Origin: Candidatus Hydrogenedentota bacterium | Lineage (GTDB): Bacteria > Hydrogenedentota > Hydrogenedentia > Hydrogenedentales > SLHB01 | Direction: 5' to 3' | Length of the DNA stretch: 64,000 nt | Assembly (NCBI GenBank): GCA_016215105.1 | Contig: JACRLJ010000022.1 | Coordinates: forward strand, 3,407 to 67,406 | Part shown: positions 50,536-60,974 of the stretch, piece after piece | How positions within the stretch are numbered: position 1 is the stretch's first letter | Layout of the letters: each line of letters opens with the position of its first letter | The notes under the pieces: model-generated | Databases searched by the model: none | The model's input: only the letters and a program-made list of their open reading frames with translations | Told to the model about the DNA's origin: nothing | Position numbers and translations under genes: made by a program

Positions 50536-51172
50536 TCAGCAAGGTTTCCCACGCGCGTTGAGATTGACATCGGGGTGCGGAAGAGAAATATGACAAGGGT
50601 TCGGGGATGATACCGTGGATGGGGAGGCGGCGTAAGGGCCGGAAATCACCGTGCCGTCTCGGCCATCGCCGAGTTCGCAAGGAATTCCGTACGCCTTCCC
50701 GTTGTCCGTACACGCCCACCATCTGTACTTCCCCACAACTGCGACATCGGGCGAGGCCTCGCTTGATCCATGGCCCGAGCGCGAATCAGATGCGCACTCT
50801 CGAGTCGAGCGCGTCTTGCGGTTAGTTTCCCGCGGTGCTTTCGCTGGGAGCTCCCGCCGGCGCCCAGTCAGAACCGCACGTCAGACGCGCGGCAAAAACA
50901 CTCCGGTTGCGAATGCGGGCCACCATGCAGGCCTTCTCCAACTATCACCCCGCGGAGAATTGCGTAAACACAGGAGTATCGTCGCCCGAACGACTCGCGA
51001 ACCCCGATTCCCCGAATGGACCCGCTTGCGACCAACGCAACCGGTTCGTTCCCCATAATAGCCCCATTGTTCGGGACCGTCAACACCTATTTTGCTGTAT
51101 TCGTTTCCGCGCGAACCGGGAACTCATGAGATCGCCCTGCAGACCTCAATTATCGAGGACGCGAAAGGGCGC

Positions 51173-51937
51173 TCATTTGAGATAGCCGGCGATGGGTAGA
51201 TTTTGCTTCCTGATTTCGGCCACAGCCAGTTTGGCGACTTCCCGGGCGCCGGCTTCGCGAAGGTGAGTACTGTCCTCCTTGCCCTCGGGATAGTTTGGCG
51301 ATTCTCCTTTCTTGAGGTAGAGAAACAGGCCTTTGACCTTCTCTGGACCGAGGGACTGAAACAGCTCGCGGGTTTTCATTTCGAGATCGATGAGCGTAAC
51401 GCGCATGTCTTCGGCGAGCTTCCGTGTCACGGCTGGGTATTCTCCGAGGCCTTCCTTGAGGGTGCGTGAGTCATCAGCCCATTGGTTTCTATTGATGGAG
51501 GTGACCAGGACCGGTATCGCTCCCTTGGCGCGGGCGTCGTCCACATAACGCTTCATGAATTCGCGGTAGGTCGTCTCAGGCTCCGTGAATCGTTTGGGGT
51601 CAGCCTTTGTCGCGTCGTTGTGGCCGAACTGGATAAAGACGTAGTCCCCCTTCTTGAGGCCGTCGCGAACTGAATCCCATGCGCCTTCTTCGATGAAACT
51701 TTTCGAGCTGCGCCCGGAGCGGGCTTTGTCTTCCACAATTAGCTTCGTGGCGTCGAAGTACTCTTGAAGGTCCTGCGCCCAACCGGTGAGCGGCGCTCGA
51801 TCGGGCGTGTATGAGGCCGCCGTCGAATCACCGATAACGTAGAGCCGGGTCACATCGGGTGACGGGGATTGCTGGGCGTTGGCCATGAGAGCTTGAAACA
51901 GGAAGAACGTTACAACGTACCCAATACTTCGTAGCAT
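51173..51937 (-). CDS. SGNH/GDSL hydrolase (rhamnogalacturonan acetylesterase-like)
   Basis: Blocks YVIGDSTA, GRSS, FIQFGHND, DSTHL. Signal peptide present. Confidence 0.85.
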   Translation of the reverse strand: MLRSIGYVVTFFLFQALMANAQQSPSPDVTRLYVIGDSTAASYTPDRAPLTGWAQDLQEYFDATKLIVEDKARSGRSSKSFIEEGAWDSVRDGLKKGDYVFIQFGHNDATKADPKRFTEPETTYREFMKRYVDDARAKGAIPVLVTSINRNQWADDSRTLKEGLGEYPAVTRKLAEDMRVTLIDLEMKTRELFQSLGPEKVKGLFLYLKKGESPNYPEGKEDSTHLREAGAREVAKLAVAEIRKQNLPIAGYLK

Positions 51938-52272
51938 CGGCTCTTAACCCTCCTGACCAGCAATACTCTTGAGCGCAGTTTGGCGATCCGTCCGTTATCC
52001 TGGCGAAAAAGTTTCTGATAGCGCAGCGTGTCTTCGTCTCCGTGTGCGGCCAGCGTACCAGTGGTTCCCTGCGCGGTCAAGTCTGTAAGGAGCACGGAAT
52101 TAGCCAGGAATCCGGCCAGAACGCCGGTTTTTTCAACGCGCCTCCAGTCGTATCGCGTTCGGACAGGCGCTCGAAGTACGCAATTGCTTGACGCTCCCGG
52201 CGGTTCATTCCACGAGATTCCTCGATCTTCGATCTGGTTGCATATCCCCCAAGGAGACGGTAATCTGGCGCG

Positions 52273-53541
52273 GTGAAGATGAGGGTACGACTGTCTATCT
52301 CCGTATGGGTTTGCCTGCTTTGGTTGGTGGCGACATCGGCCGAAGCTGGCGACTGGCCTTCGTTCCGCGGGCCTGACGGAAGCGGTGTGGCTCGCGAGAT
52401 CCATGCGCCGTTGCGTTGGGGACCTGCGGAGAACGTTCGTTGGAAGATTGCGTTGCCAGGCCCGGGCAATAGCAGTCCGATTGTCGTGGGCGGGCGCGTG
52501 TTCGTCACGTGCGCGGAGAATCAGGGGAAGAAACGTCACCTGTACTGCTGCGACAGCGACAAGGGTACCATCCTTTGGGTACGAACGGTTGAAGTCGACT
52601 ACGTAGAACCGACCCATCCTACCAACCCGTACTGCGCCTCTACACCGGTGGCCGACTACTCGCATGTCATTGTCTGGCACGGATCCGCAGGCGTGTTTTG
52701 TTACAGTCCCGATGGCGCCCTGATTTGGCAGCGGGACCTGGGCGCTATTCGTCATGATTGGGGTTATGCCTCGTCCCCCATTCTCCATCGTGGCAGAGTC
52801 TTCCTCAATTTCGGTCCCGGATCGCGGACCTTTCTGGCCGCTCTCGATCTGCGTACCGGCGGCCTGCTTTGGAAGTACGAGGAACCGGGTGGATCGGACA
52901 CTACAGATAAGAAGATGATCGGTTCCTGGAGTACACCGGTGATCGTCAAGGTTGAAAACCGGGATCAGGTTCTCTGCGTCATGCCCACGCGAGTCATCGC
53001 ATGTGACGCGGAGACCGGCGCGCTTCGATGGTTCTGCGCCGGCTTGGCGGACGAGAAGGCCAGTTTGGTCTACCCTTCGGCATTGGTGTGGAAAGGATTC
53101 GGTATCGCCGTTACCGGTTGGGTCAATGGCCCAACCATGGGATTCAAGCTCGGCGGCGCCGGCGATGTAACGACGCCGAACCGGCTGTGGCAGGCGCGCC
53201 AGCCACAGCAGATTGGTACGGGCGTGATGGTCGATGGCTTCGCGTATAGTGCGATCGGAAGTCCCGGTAGCGTGCAGTGTTTGGAATGCCAAACCGGCAA
53301 AGTGCGTTGGAGTGAGCGTCTCGATAGTGGGGAGATATGGGGATCGCTCGTGCTGGCGGCCGGCCGGTTCTATGTCACCAGCCGGAGAGGCGTTACAAGT
53401 GTCTTTCGGGCGTACCCGGACAGGTTTGAACTTCTTGCGCAGAACGATCTGGGAGAACCCAGCAACGCCACGCCCGCCATCGCTGAAGGGCAAGTCTTCC
53501 TCCGCACCGACCAACACCTCTATTGCATTTCAGATCAGTGA
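52273..53541 (+). CDS. PQQ-like beta-propeller repeat protein (BamB-like fold)
   Basis: Signal, then GDWPSFRGPDGSGV...SSPIVVGGRVFV and repeated W/G propeller blades. Start is GTG 52273 or ATG 52279. Confidence 0.8.
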   Translation: MKMRVRLSISVWVCLLWLVATSAEAGDWPSFRGPDGSGVAREIHAPLRWGPAENVRWKIALPGPGNSSPIVVGGRVFVTCAENQGKKRHLYCCDSDKGTILWVRTVEVDYVEPTHPTNPYCASTPVADYSHVIVWHGSAGVFCYSPDGALIWQRDLGAIRHDWGYASSPILHRGRVFLNFGPGSRTFLAALDLRTGGLLWKYEEPGGSDTTDKKMIGSWSTPVIVKVENRDQVLCVMPTRVIACDAETGALRWFCAGLADEKASLVYPSALVWKGFGIAVTGWVNGPTMGFKLGGAGDVTTPNRLWQARQPQQIGTGVMVDGFAYSAIGSPGSVQCLECQTGKVRWSERLDSGEIWGSLVLAAGRFYVTSRRGVTSVFRAYPDRFELLAQNDLGEPSNATPAIAEGQVFLRTDQHLYCISDQ

Positions 53542-53740
53542 AGAAGCGCTATCGCTGCCATTGGCGCGTCAGTGCGTCCTGAGGGTCACAGCAGAGTGGG
53601 GGAGTGTCCAATCCGGCGATCTACGCCCAGGATTCCGTTCTCAATCCGCCGGTCGCAGCCGTGAAGATCTCCACCCGCGCCGTGTGAACCGGCGTGCGAC
53701 GGAGCGGTCCATCTCGAACAACTTGCTCAAGCAGTTTTCG

Positions 53741-54835
53741 CTAATTCCTACCCGGGTCCCAGATCGTAGCGGAGATATAGCGCTCGGGTTGGTTGGCGTG
53801 GTGGTAATAGTAGATCGTGACGCATTTACCGTCCGCCCGCTGGACCGTGCGCGGATACCCGAGGTCCCAACTTGCTCCATCATGCCGCAGGATAATTTCC
53901 TGGCCCCAAGTCTGCCCATCATCCGTAGAAATCCTTGCGCGTATGCCGCAAGGGTCGATGCGCCAACCGTAGGTCAATGCGATACGTCCATCCTTGAGTT
54001 TGATCATACTTGCAGGGTTCCCTCCGGTAACGATATTCGGCTCCGCAAGCAGGTACCATGAACGTCCCTTATCCGGAGAGAGAAAAGCTTCGAGCCACCA
54101 GCGGCGTTCGCCATCGAACACCCCGGCCCTTCGTATGACGCTCAAGTAGGCGCCGCTATCGAGACGTACTGTCGATGGCATAATCGCGTACCCGTATGCC
54201 TCCGGGGGCTGCTTTCCGATCCAACCGGCGACATTCCAGTTCTTTCCGCCGTCTGTTGTGCGAATGCACAGGGGCTGGCCTTCTTTTCCGTTATCCTTTG
54301 TTGCTGCGATGAATGCCGTCAACGTTCTCTTGTCTTCCACGATGTAATCCGTTCGAGCAAGGAGTCCCTTGCGGCCAAAGGCCGGCAACATGTACGGACC
54401 TTGCCACGTCTTACCGCGATCGAGCGAATAGAAGACGCGGTCATCTCGGAACCGTACCGCCAAGTCCGGCTTGGAAAAATCGATTCCTTTTCTCATCTCG
54501 ATCGGCTCACGCTCGTTGTCCTTATCGTCCAGGTAGTCCGGTGTCTCAATCGCCCAGGTTTCGCCACCGTCCAAACTGCGCGCCTGCCGCACGCTCGATG
54601 GACGGTCTCGGTCAATTGCATGTCCTCCCTGCGGATTCAGTTTGTAGTATCCCAAACTGAATCCGACAACGATTTCATTTCCCCACGACCAAGCGCCGTT
54701 ATTCGCGGGCCACCCCGCGAACCGCCCCGCCTCCTTGTACACCACCACGTCGCGCGGAGTTTCTGACGCAGTTTCCGCCCACGCTGAACCAAGCAGCGCA
54801 CTTCCACCAGCGAGCAACGCAATGATTATTCTCAT
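53741..54835 (-). CDS. BNR/Asp-box repeat glycosidase (sialidase-like)
   Basis: Five Asp boxes: SLDGGETW, SLDRGKTW, TTDGGKNW, SPDKGRSW, STDDGQTW. Signal MRIIIALLAGGSALLGSAWA. Confidence 0.85.
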   Translation of the reverse strand: MRIIIALLAGGSALLGSAWAETASETPRDVVVYKEAGRFAGWPANNGAWSWGNEIVVGFSLGYYKLNPQGGHAIDRDRPSSVRQARSLDGGETWAIETPDYLDDKDNEREPIEMRKGIDFSKPDLAVRFRDDRVFYSLDRGKTWQGPYMLPAFGRKGLLARTDYIVEDKRTLTAFIAATKDNGKEGQPLCIRTTDGGKNWNVAGWIGKQPPEAYGYAIMPSTVRLDSGAYLSVIRRAGVFDGERRWWLEAFLSPDKGRSWYLLAEPNIVTGGNPASMIKLKDGRIALTYGWRIDPCGIRARISTDDGQTWGQEIILRHDGASWDLGYPRTVQRADGKCVTIYYYHHANQPERYISATIWDPGRN

Positions 54836-55174
54836 TGGACGTTTCCTTTCTCTTGCCCAGGTTCGATCCCCCACCCAGAGCGCCGAGCGAAACCGACTGT
54901 GTCAGCGTTCTCTCTCTGGCGTCAATGTTAGCGCAAGAGGGCCGGCCGGACACAATTAGCATGACCGGCCCCTCTTTCGGCCCGACGCCCCAACCCTGGG
55001 TCTTGACGGACCACATTGTAACGGAATGGGTGTGAATTGCGCTTGCCTATCGGGCGGTACAGCTCGGCGCATGGTCCACCACGGAGGCGCACGCGAAGCA
55101 AAACTGGCGATGACCCAGGAAAAAACGGATAATGCCGTTCCAGTCATCGAGCGAAACGAACAGGAAAACGGGTT

Positions 55175-56701
55175 GTGAGATTTGCCGAGCCGCAGTTTGC
55201 CGTGGTGTTCCTTCTGTCTACCGTGTTAGGTTTCTCCTCTGCCATTGCGCGGGGCGAAGCATATAACGCGGATCGACCACCCGCTGCTGTCGAGAAGCAG
55301 ATTCGTGTTGACTTGGGGCCGTACACTCCTGGAACAATCCCCGGTGGAATCGGCGAGCCGGTGGCGGAGTCGCGCCACATCGCTGATGAGTGGGAAAAGA
55401 ACCATCCCGGCCGCCGCATCAATTATCAGATGATGATTAGCACGGGGACGACGGAAGGGGAGTGGCTGAAGACCCAGTTGCTCGGCGGGATCGCGCCGGA
55501 AATCGTCACGATGAATACGGAGGTAGCTTGGCAGGCGGTCGACAAGGACTGGTTCATTCCCTTGGATGAATTCCTCCAGCGGCCCAATCCGTACATTCCT
55601 GGGAATACGCACTGGCTGGATAGTTTTGCAAATCTGGCGCTAACGAACTCGAAACGGGCGCCGAATGGCAAACTGTATTGCATTACGCTGGATACTGTTG
55701 AGACGGGTCTGTTTTACAACATGACGCTGCTCAAGAAACTCGGCATTGCCAAGCCTCCGGCGACGTGGAGCGAGATGCTCGAAGCGTTCAAAGTAATCCG
55801 CGGCGCCGGTATCACTCCCATGACGGCGCAAGGCAACCTGGCTTCCGATTGGGGACAGGACATCGTGTTCGAGATGGTCTACCACGACCTGTTGCCCATG
55901 CTGGATCCCGTTCCTTCGCCCTCCGACATTAAGGATTACCAGACCTACTTTCTTGACCCGCCCGAAGGCGGCTTTCTGTTCACGAAGGGATTCTTCTCGA
56001 GCCGCGATCCCCGATGGCGCGAAGTGAACCGCCTCGTGAAAGAGTGGCGGCAATACTGGGCGCGAGAACTCAAGTTCAGCGATCCGCTGAGACTATTCTT
56101 TACGGACCGTCTGGCAATACTGTGGGACGGCTCGTGGACCATTCGCCGGCTTGCGAAAGATCCCTACATCAACTTCGAATGGGGTGTCAGCTATATTCCA
56201 TCGATCGGGCGGGAAACGAGCCCGTTTGCCTCGGGTTCGCCCGCCACCTTGATCGGTGGCGCCGCCACGCAGATCCACATTACCAATAGCGCGGTGCGCA
56301 ATGGCGCGCTGGAGGACTGCGTCGATTTCCTTATGTTCCTGTCCGCGCCGCAAAATGTGGAACGGGTTACGAACGAAGCGCTCCTGTTCATGCCGAATGT
56401 ACGAGGGGCGAAAATGGACGAGCATCTCGAGCCGTTCGCGGAAATCTTCAAACGAAAGAGCTGCGCTATCCAATGGATGGAGGCCATGGACCCGGAATAC
56501 AAGAAGGTTTGGCGCCGGTGGCTGGACTACTATCTGGAAGATGGGTTCAGCCTGGAGGAGTATCTGAGGGTGCTGGATGACAATTTTGCGGCATGGGTCA
56601 AGTCTCACGAGAAAGACGCCGCGTGGGATTTCTCGGCTATGGAAGCGACGTGGCAGCAACGCAAGGAGGCATTGCTTCGTGAACTCGACCCCGTTCCGTA
56701 G
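55175..56701 (+). CDS. ABC transporter extracellular solute-binding protein (carbohydrate type)
   Basis: Signal plus a ~500-aa family-1 SBP-like sequence. Immediately precedes two permease genes. Confidence 0.8.
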   Translation: MRFAEPQFAVVFLLSTVLGFSSAIARGEAYNADRPPAAVEKQIRVDLGPYTPGTIPGGIGEPVAESRHIADEWEKNHPGRRINYQMMISTGTTEGEWLKTQLLGGIAPEIVTMNTEVAWQAVDKDWFIPLDEFLQRPNPYIPGNTHWLDSFANLALTNSKRAPNGKLYCITLDTVETGLFYNMTLLKKLGIAKPPATWSEMLEAFKVIRGAGITPMTAQGNLASDWGQDIVFEMVYHDLLPMLDPVPSPSDIKDYQTYFLDPPEGGFLFTKGFFSSRDPRWREVNRLVKEWRQYWARELKFSDPLRLFFTDRLAILWDGSWTIRRLAKDPYINFEWGVSYIPSIGRETSPFASGSPATLIGGAATQIHITNSAVRNGALEDCVDFLMFLSAPQNVERVTNEALLFMPNVRGAKMDEHLEPFAEIFKRKSCAIQWMEAMDPEYKKVWRRWLDYYLEDGFSLEEYLRVLDDNFAAWVKSHEKDAAWDFSAMEATWQQRKEALLRELDPVP

Positions 56702-57617
56702 GGCAAGACCGCGCTACTCCGGGCGCGCGGCCGGACAGCCGCCCCTGTGGCTCATCTATGCGCTTCTGTTCGTGCCCATTGCGCTCTTGATAGTGTTCAA
56801 TTACGTTCCAGCGGCTTCAGCGTTGTTTCATGCGTTCACCCACTGGGATCCGGGGAGGCCGTCCGCGTGGGCGGGATTGGACAACTTCCAACAGTTGCTC
56901 GATGACCCGGTATTCCTGAAATCCCTCAAGAACCTGTGCAAACTCGGAATATTCGTGTTCATCGTTAACCTTACGGCGCCGTTTCTGGTTGCGGAGATGA
57001 TTTTCCACCTTCGTTCGGAACGATGGAGCTACGCGTCGCGCGTCGCACTGGTCTTGCCAATGATCGTGCCGGGCGTTGTCGTCTTCATGATCTGGCAGTA
57101 CATTTATTCTGATGCAGGCATACTCACGGCCTTTCTCGAAGGGCTGGGCTTGAATAACTGGATCTACGGGTGGCTCTCGCATCCCAAGACGGCCCTGTGG
57201 GCGGTTGCTTGCGTCGGTTTCCCATTCGCCCATGGATTCAACGTTCTGGTCTACTACGCCGGCCTGACTAACATTCCGGTGAGTATCCTCGAGGCCGCCG
57301 AAGTTGATGGCCTGGGCGCGGCAGGCAAGATAATGCGGCTCCATGTTCCTTTGATCTTGAGCCAAATTCGTCTTCTTACGATAGTCACTATGATCGGAGT
57401 CACGAACGGATTCGAATCGGTCTACATTCTGACGCGCGACGGCGGGCCCGGATACGAAACGATGGTTCCCGGATTGTATATGTTCTTGAACGGCTTTGTA
57501 TTCGACCGAATGGGCTATGCCGCCGCCATAGGCCTGCTGCTGCTAGTCTTTCTGTTGACGTTCACAGTCCTTTTCAACCGCCTTGTCCGGACCGAGGATT
57601 ATGACCCTGGAACCTAG
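56679..57617 (+). CDS. Carbohydrate ABC transporter permease (MalF-like)
   Basis: GTG at 56679 after RBS AAGGAGG. EAA loop LEAAEVDGLGAAGKIMRLHVPL. Confidence 0.85.
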   Translation: MNSTPFRRARPRYSGRAAGQPPLWLIYALLFVPIALLIVFNYVPAASALFHAFTHWDPGRPSAWAGLDNFQQLLDDPVFLKSLKNLCKLGIFVFIVNLTAPFLVAEMIFHLRSERWSYASRVALVLPMIVPGVVVFMIWQYIYSDAGILTAFLEGLGLNNWIYGWLSHPKTALWAVACVGFPFAHGFNVLVYYAGLTNIPVSILEAAEVDGLGAAGKIMRLHVPLILSQIRLLTIVTMIGVTNGFESVYILTRDGGPGYETMVPGLYMFLNGFVFDRMGYAAAIGLLLLVFLLTFTVLFNRLVRTEDYDPGT

Positions 57618-58494
57618 CATTTCCGAGCAGATCGAAACGGCCATCGCCCCGCATCACGTTCAGCCTAGGGGGATGTCCAGAATCTACCTCTGGAGTGTCA
57701 CATGGCGTCTGGGGTTCATCCTCATCCTCTTCTTAACCTTCTTCCCATTTGTCTTTCTTGTCATAACCTCCTTGAAAGACACACACCAGTTCTACCATAC
57801 GTTCTGGCTGCCTGCATGGCCCATGACGTGGAGCAACTATACGCAGGCGTTCACCGATCTCAACGGCTACATTCTCAACAGCATTTTCGTGACTGCTACC
57901 AGCATATTCGGTATTGTCGTGTGCTCCACCATCACGGGGTTTCTGTTCGCCCGCTACCGTTTTCCGGGACGCGAACTCCTCTACTACATGATGCTGGCCA
58001 TGCTCATGGTCCCGGGTGCGCTGATGCTGATCCCGCAGTTTGTCTGGGTACAGCAATTGGGCCTGTTAAATACGTATTCCGTTATGGTTCTGCCTTACAT
58101 CGCCGGTATGCAGGTCATGGGTATGTTTCTACTTCGCAGCTTTTTTTCACAGATCGACCAAGCCCTGTTCGAGTCCGCACAAGTGGACGGCGCGGGAGTA
58201 TTCCGCGAGATCTGGCACATCGCTCTTCCTTTGTCGAAGCCCGTTCTAGGCGTCGTGGCCATTATGAGCGCGCTCGGTGTTTGGAACAGCTTCCTGTGGC
58301 CGTTGGTAACGGTCTCGGGCGAGGACGTCATGGTCTTGACCGTGGGAATGCTCCGTTACAACGGCCGCGTCGCACACCAATACGGTCCCATGTTCGCGGG
58401 CTATGTCATTTCGGCCATTCCTTTGGGAATCCTTTTCGTTTTCTTCACCCGCGCTTTCATGAGAGGTATCACCAGCGGCGCCCTGAAGGCCTAG
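57601..58494 (+). CDS. Carbohydrate ABC transporter permease (MalG-like)
   Basis: EAA loop FESAQVDGAGVFREIWHIALPL. The stop TAG lies inside the CTAG end of repeat copy E. Confidence 0.85.
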   Translation: MTLEPSISEQIETAIAPHHVQPRGMSRIYLWSVTWRLGFILILFLTFFPFVFLVITSLKDTHQFYHTFWLPAWPMTWSNYTQAFTDLNGYILNSIFVTATSIFGIVVCSTITGFLFARYRFPGRELLYYMMLAMLMVPGALMLIPQFVWVQQLGLLNTYSVMVLPYIAGMQVMGMFLLRSFFSQIDQALFESAQVDGAGVFREIWHIALPLSKPVLGVVAIMSALGVWNSFLWPLVTVSGEDVMVLTVGMLRYNGRVAHQYGPMFAGYVISAIPLGILFVFFTRAFMRGITSGALKA

Positions 58495-58564
58495 GAATCC
58501 GGCCAGAAAGCCGTCTTCTTGACGCGGCGCGGCTAGAAAGCCGGCTGTCTGGCCGCGCCTCTAG
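58491..58564 (-). repeat. CTAG-bounded repeat, copy E (short form, CTAG to CTAG, reverse orientation)
   Basis: CTAGGAATCCGGCCAGAAAGCCGTCTTCTTGACGCGGCGCGGCTAGAAAGCCGGCTGTCTGGCCGCGCCTCTAG. Confidence 0.8.
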
Positions 58565-58995
58565 CCATGGGACTTCGCGCGCGGCCGGCGACGTATATGT
58601 GTCTATGCGCCAACTGCCGCGGAACTTGATAGACCGGCCCACCACCCCATTTTGGAGTTCGGCGAATGCGGTTGACGCCAGCGTTAGCGCAAGACATCGA
58701 ACGATTGTGGCTGGCGATACCCCGCGCGAAGTGTGCTTGACTTGCGGCGGCAGAGTGCGGGAGAATTCACTGAGGCAGTTCGGCCGCGGCGACTGTTCAT
58801 TCGTGTTGTTCGAATGATAGCCGCGACGTAGCGATGAGGCGAGTATTCTAAACCGAATTCCAGACTTGGTTCCATGTTCTGTTCTTCTGCTTACGCTGAA
58901 GCTATTGCTCTTGACTATGGTCGTCCCGTCATGGACTCTATCGTTCTGAACGGCTATGAAACGTGCGAGCGAAGCGCTCCTGGAGCTGGCGCCCT

Positions 58996-60198
58996 ATGAT
59001 ATCGGTTACCGAGGCGGCTCGTCACGTGATTGCGCATTTCCCCGCAATCGGGAGTGAGTCGTGTCCCTTGGTAGACGCGCATGGGCGCGTATTGCGCGAA
59101 GATATCACCGCAGATCGTGATCATCCGCCCTACAACCGCGTGACGATGGACGGAATCGCGGTGTCCCTTGAACGAGGGGGCGTGGCTCGGGGCCGGTTCG
59201 TGATCGAAGCAGTTCAAAAAGCAGGGGAACCCCAAAAGTCGCTGAAGGATCCCGGCGGTTGTCTCGAGGTGATGACCGGCGCGGCGCTGCCCGTAGGAAC
59301 GGATTCGGTGATACGAGTCGAGGATCTCGACATTGCGGACGGCGCAGCCACTTTGCGCGATGGAACTGAAGTATCGATCGGCCAGTACGTACACCGGCAG
59401 GCATCGGACCTGCGTCAGGGAGCGGTGATCGTCAAGTCTGGGATTCGATTGCTTGCGCCGCAGATTGCCGTGGCGGCGTCCGAGGGTATGAAGACGCTGC
59501 TCGTTGCACGGCGCCCATCGGTAGCAATAGTGTCTACCGGAGATGAGCTCGTGGACGTGGGCGAGACTCCGCTGCCGCATCAGATACGGAGGTCCAATCC
59601 GTACGCCATCCGCGCCGCGCTGTCGCAGCGACAGCTTCACGACATCCAAATTCATCACGTCAACGATGATCTGGATGGGCTTCGAGTTCTGCTTGGAGAA
59701 GTACTGCAACGCGTCGAGGTGTTGGTAATCACCGGTGGAGTGTCGATGGGCAAGTTCGATTTTGTGCCGGAGGTCTTGCGGGAATTGGGCGTTGCGCAAG
59801 TGTTTCATAAAGTGAGGCAGCGGCCCGGAAAGCCGCTGTGGTTCGGGCGAGGACCATCGGGCCAGGCAGTGTTTGGACTTCCTGGAAACCCGGTCTCCGC
59901 AGTGGTGTGCGCGTATCGGTACCTAATTCCTGCACTGGATATCGCAATGGGGCTCCCGAGCGCGCAGGAGTCAGCCGTCCTGGCGGAGACGGTTCATTTT
60001 CGATCTCCGCTGACGTATTTCCTTCCGGTACGCTTGAAGTGGAGTGGGTCGGGCCAACTCGAAGCCGTTCCCGCTCCGACAAACGGATCTGGAGATCTTG
60101 GCGCACTGACGCACAGTGACGGGTTCGTAGAACTGGACGCTGAACGTGACGACTTTTCCGCGGGATCTGTAGCTCCCGTTTACCGATGGAGCGGATGA
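58996..60198 (+). CDS. moeA: Molybdopterin molybdotransferase MoeA
   Basis: ISVTEAARHV...PYNRVTMDGIAV...VITGGVSMGKFDFV...FGLPGNPVSAVV. Confidence 0.9.
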   Translation: MISVTEAARHVIAHFPAIGSESCPLVDAHGRVLREDITADRDHPPYNRVTMDGIAVSLERGGVARGRFVIEAVQKAGEPQKSLKDPGGCLEVMTGAALPVGTDSVIRVEDLDIADGAATLRDGTEVSIGQYVHRQASDLRQGAVIVKSGIRLLAPQIAVAASEGMKTLLVARRPSVAIVSTGDELVDVGETPLPHQIRRSNPYAIRAALSQRQLHDIQIHHVNDDLDGLRVLLGEVLQRVEVLVITGGVSMGKFDFVPEVLRELGVAQVFHKVRQRPGKPLWFGRGPSGQAVFGLPGNPVSAVVCAYRYLIPALDIAMGLPSAQESAVLAETVHFRSPLTYFLPVRLKWSGSGQLEAVPAPTNGSGDLGALTHSDGFVELDAERDDFSAGSVAPVYRWSG

Positions 60199-60353
60199 CG
60201 GATCTGGTTACCTGCGCTGTGGACCCTCATGCAGGTCACCGGCAGTTCTGAAGGAATTAATCATGTCTGATTGCCGGCGATGACTGCATTGGTTCTTGCT
60301 ACCGCCGTGAGATCTATTCGGTTGGTGAACGACCCATTAGGAAATGATGTGAG

Positions 60354-60836
60354 ATGACACTTACCCACGTGTGTGGCGCGCCACGAATCCGGCATATCTA
60401 TATCTCGCCAGGCCATAATTTCAGAGGACACCACGGCCGCGAGCCAAGTGTTCACCCTGTGCTTGAATTGGATGAAGTTGAGTGCGTTGCGGGAAAGGGG
60501 CTTGTCGGCGACAGATACTTCGGGTACAAAGAAGACTACAAAGGGCAGGTGACTTTCTTTGACTGGCTGGTGTACCTGGAACTCTGTCGGCGCCTTGGCG
60601 TCACCGACACGCCGCCTTCGGCGCTGCGGCGCAATATTATCCTGGAGGGACTTGACCTTTCTGCGCTGATCGGCCGTGAGTTCGCCATCCAGGACGTGAA
60701 ATTCTTTGGCATGGAAGAATGTTCTCCCTGTTACTGGATGGACCGCGCCATTGGGCCCGGCGCTGAAGAAGCTCTCCGATCAAGGGGCGGCCTTCGCGCC
60801 AAGGTCCTAACGAACGGGCGGCTAAGAAGGAATTAG
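60354..60836 (+). CDS. MOSC-domain protein
   Basis: ISPGHNFRGHHG...VECVAGKGLVGDRYF...CSPCYWMD...GGLRAKVLTNG resembles a YiiM-type MOSC domain. Confidence 0.75.
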   Translation: MTLTHVCGAPRIRHIYISPGHNFRGHHGREPSVHPVLELDEVECVAGKGLVGDRYFGYKEDYKGQVTFFDWLVYLELCRRLGVTDTPPSALRRNIILEGLDLSALIGREFAIQDVKFFGMEECSPCYWMDRAIGPGAEEALRSRGGLRAKVLTNGRLRRN

Positions 60837-60974
60837 GCAAGGTTGCGCTCGATATCGGTATTGGCAAATGAAGCGACAAATCCACGAGAAGACCCAACGC
60901 TCGGTAAATCCGATATTCTGCGTTCGGCCCCTGCGGATTGTGCAATACCGGCGCGCCGATGGAATGAGTGACCG

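Noticed and set aside
50536-51172. ORFs of 116-135 aa in the 637-nt gap upstream of the giant gene
   Set aside because: Arg/Pro/Ser-rich products with overlapping frames and no RBS. It is probably a long untranslated leader or promoter region.
51938-52272. 335-nt divergent spacer with short minus-strand frames (for example MNRRERQAIAYFERLSERD...)
   Set aside because: The fragments switch frame, and have no RBS and no recognisable family. It could be a decayed gene, but I cannot support a pseudogene call.
51910-53517. 535-aa ORF on the minus strand
   Set aside because: Antisense to the PQQ-like propeller gene. Arg/Pro-rich low-information sequence.
58954-59808. 284-aa ORF on the minus strand
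   Set aside because: Antisense to moeA, which is strongly supported by motif content and operon context.
60837-60974. Moco riboswitch upstream of moaA
   Set aside because: The position is right, but I could not recognise the conserved Moco motif helices by eye. Not claimed; an Rfam scan is needed.
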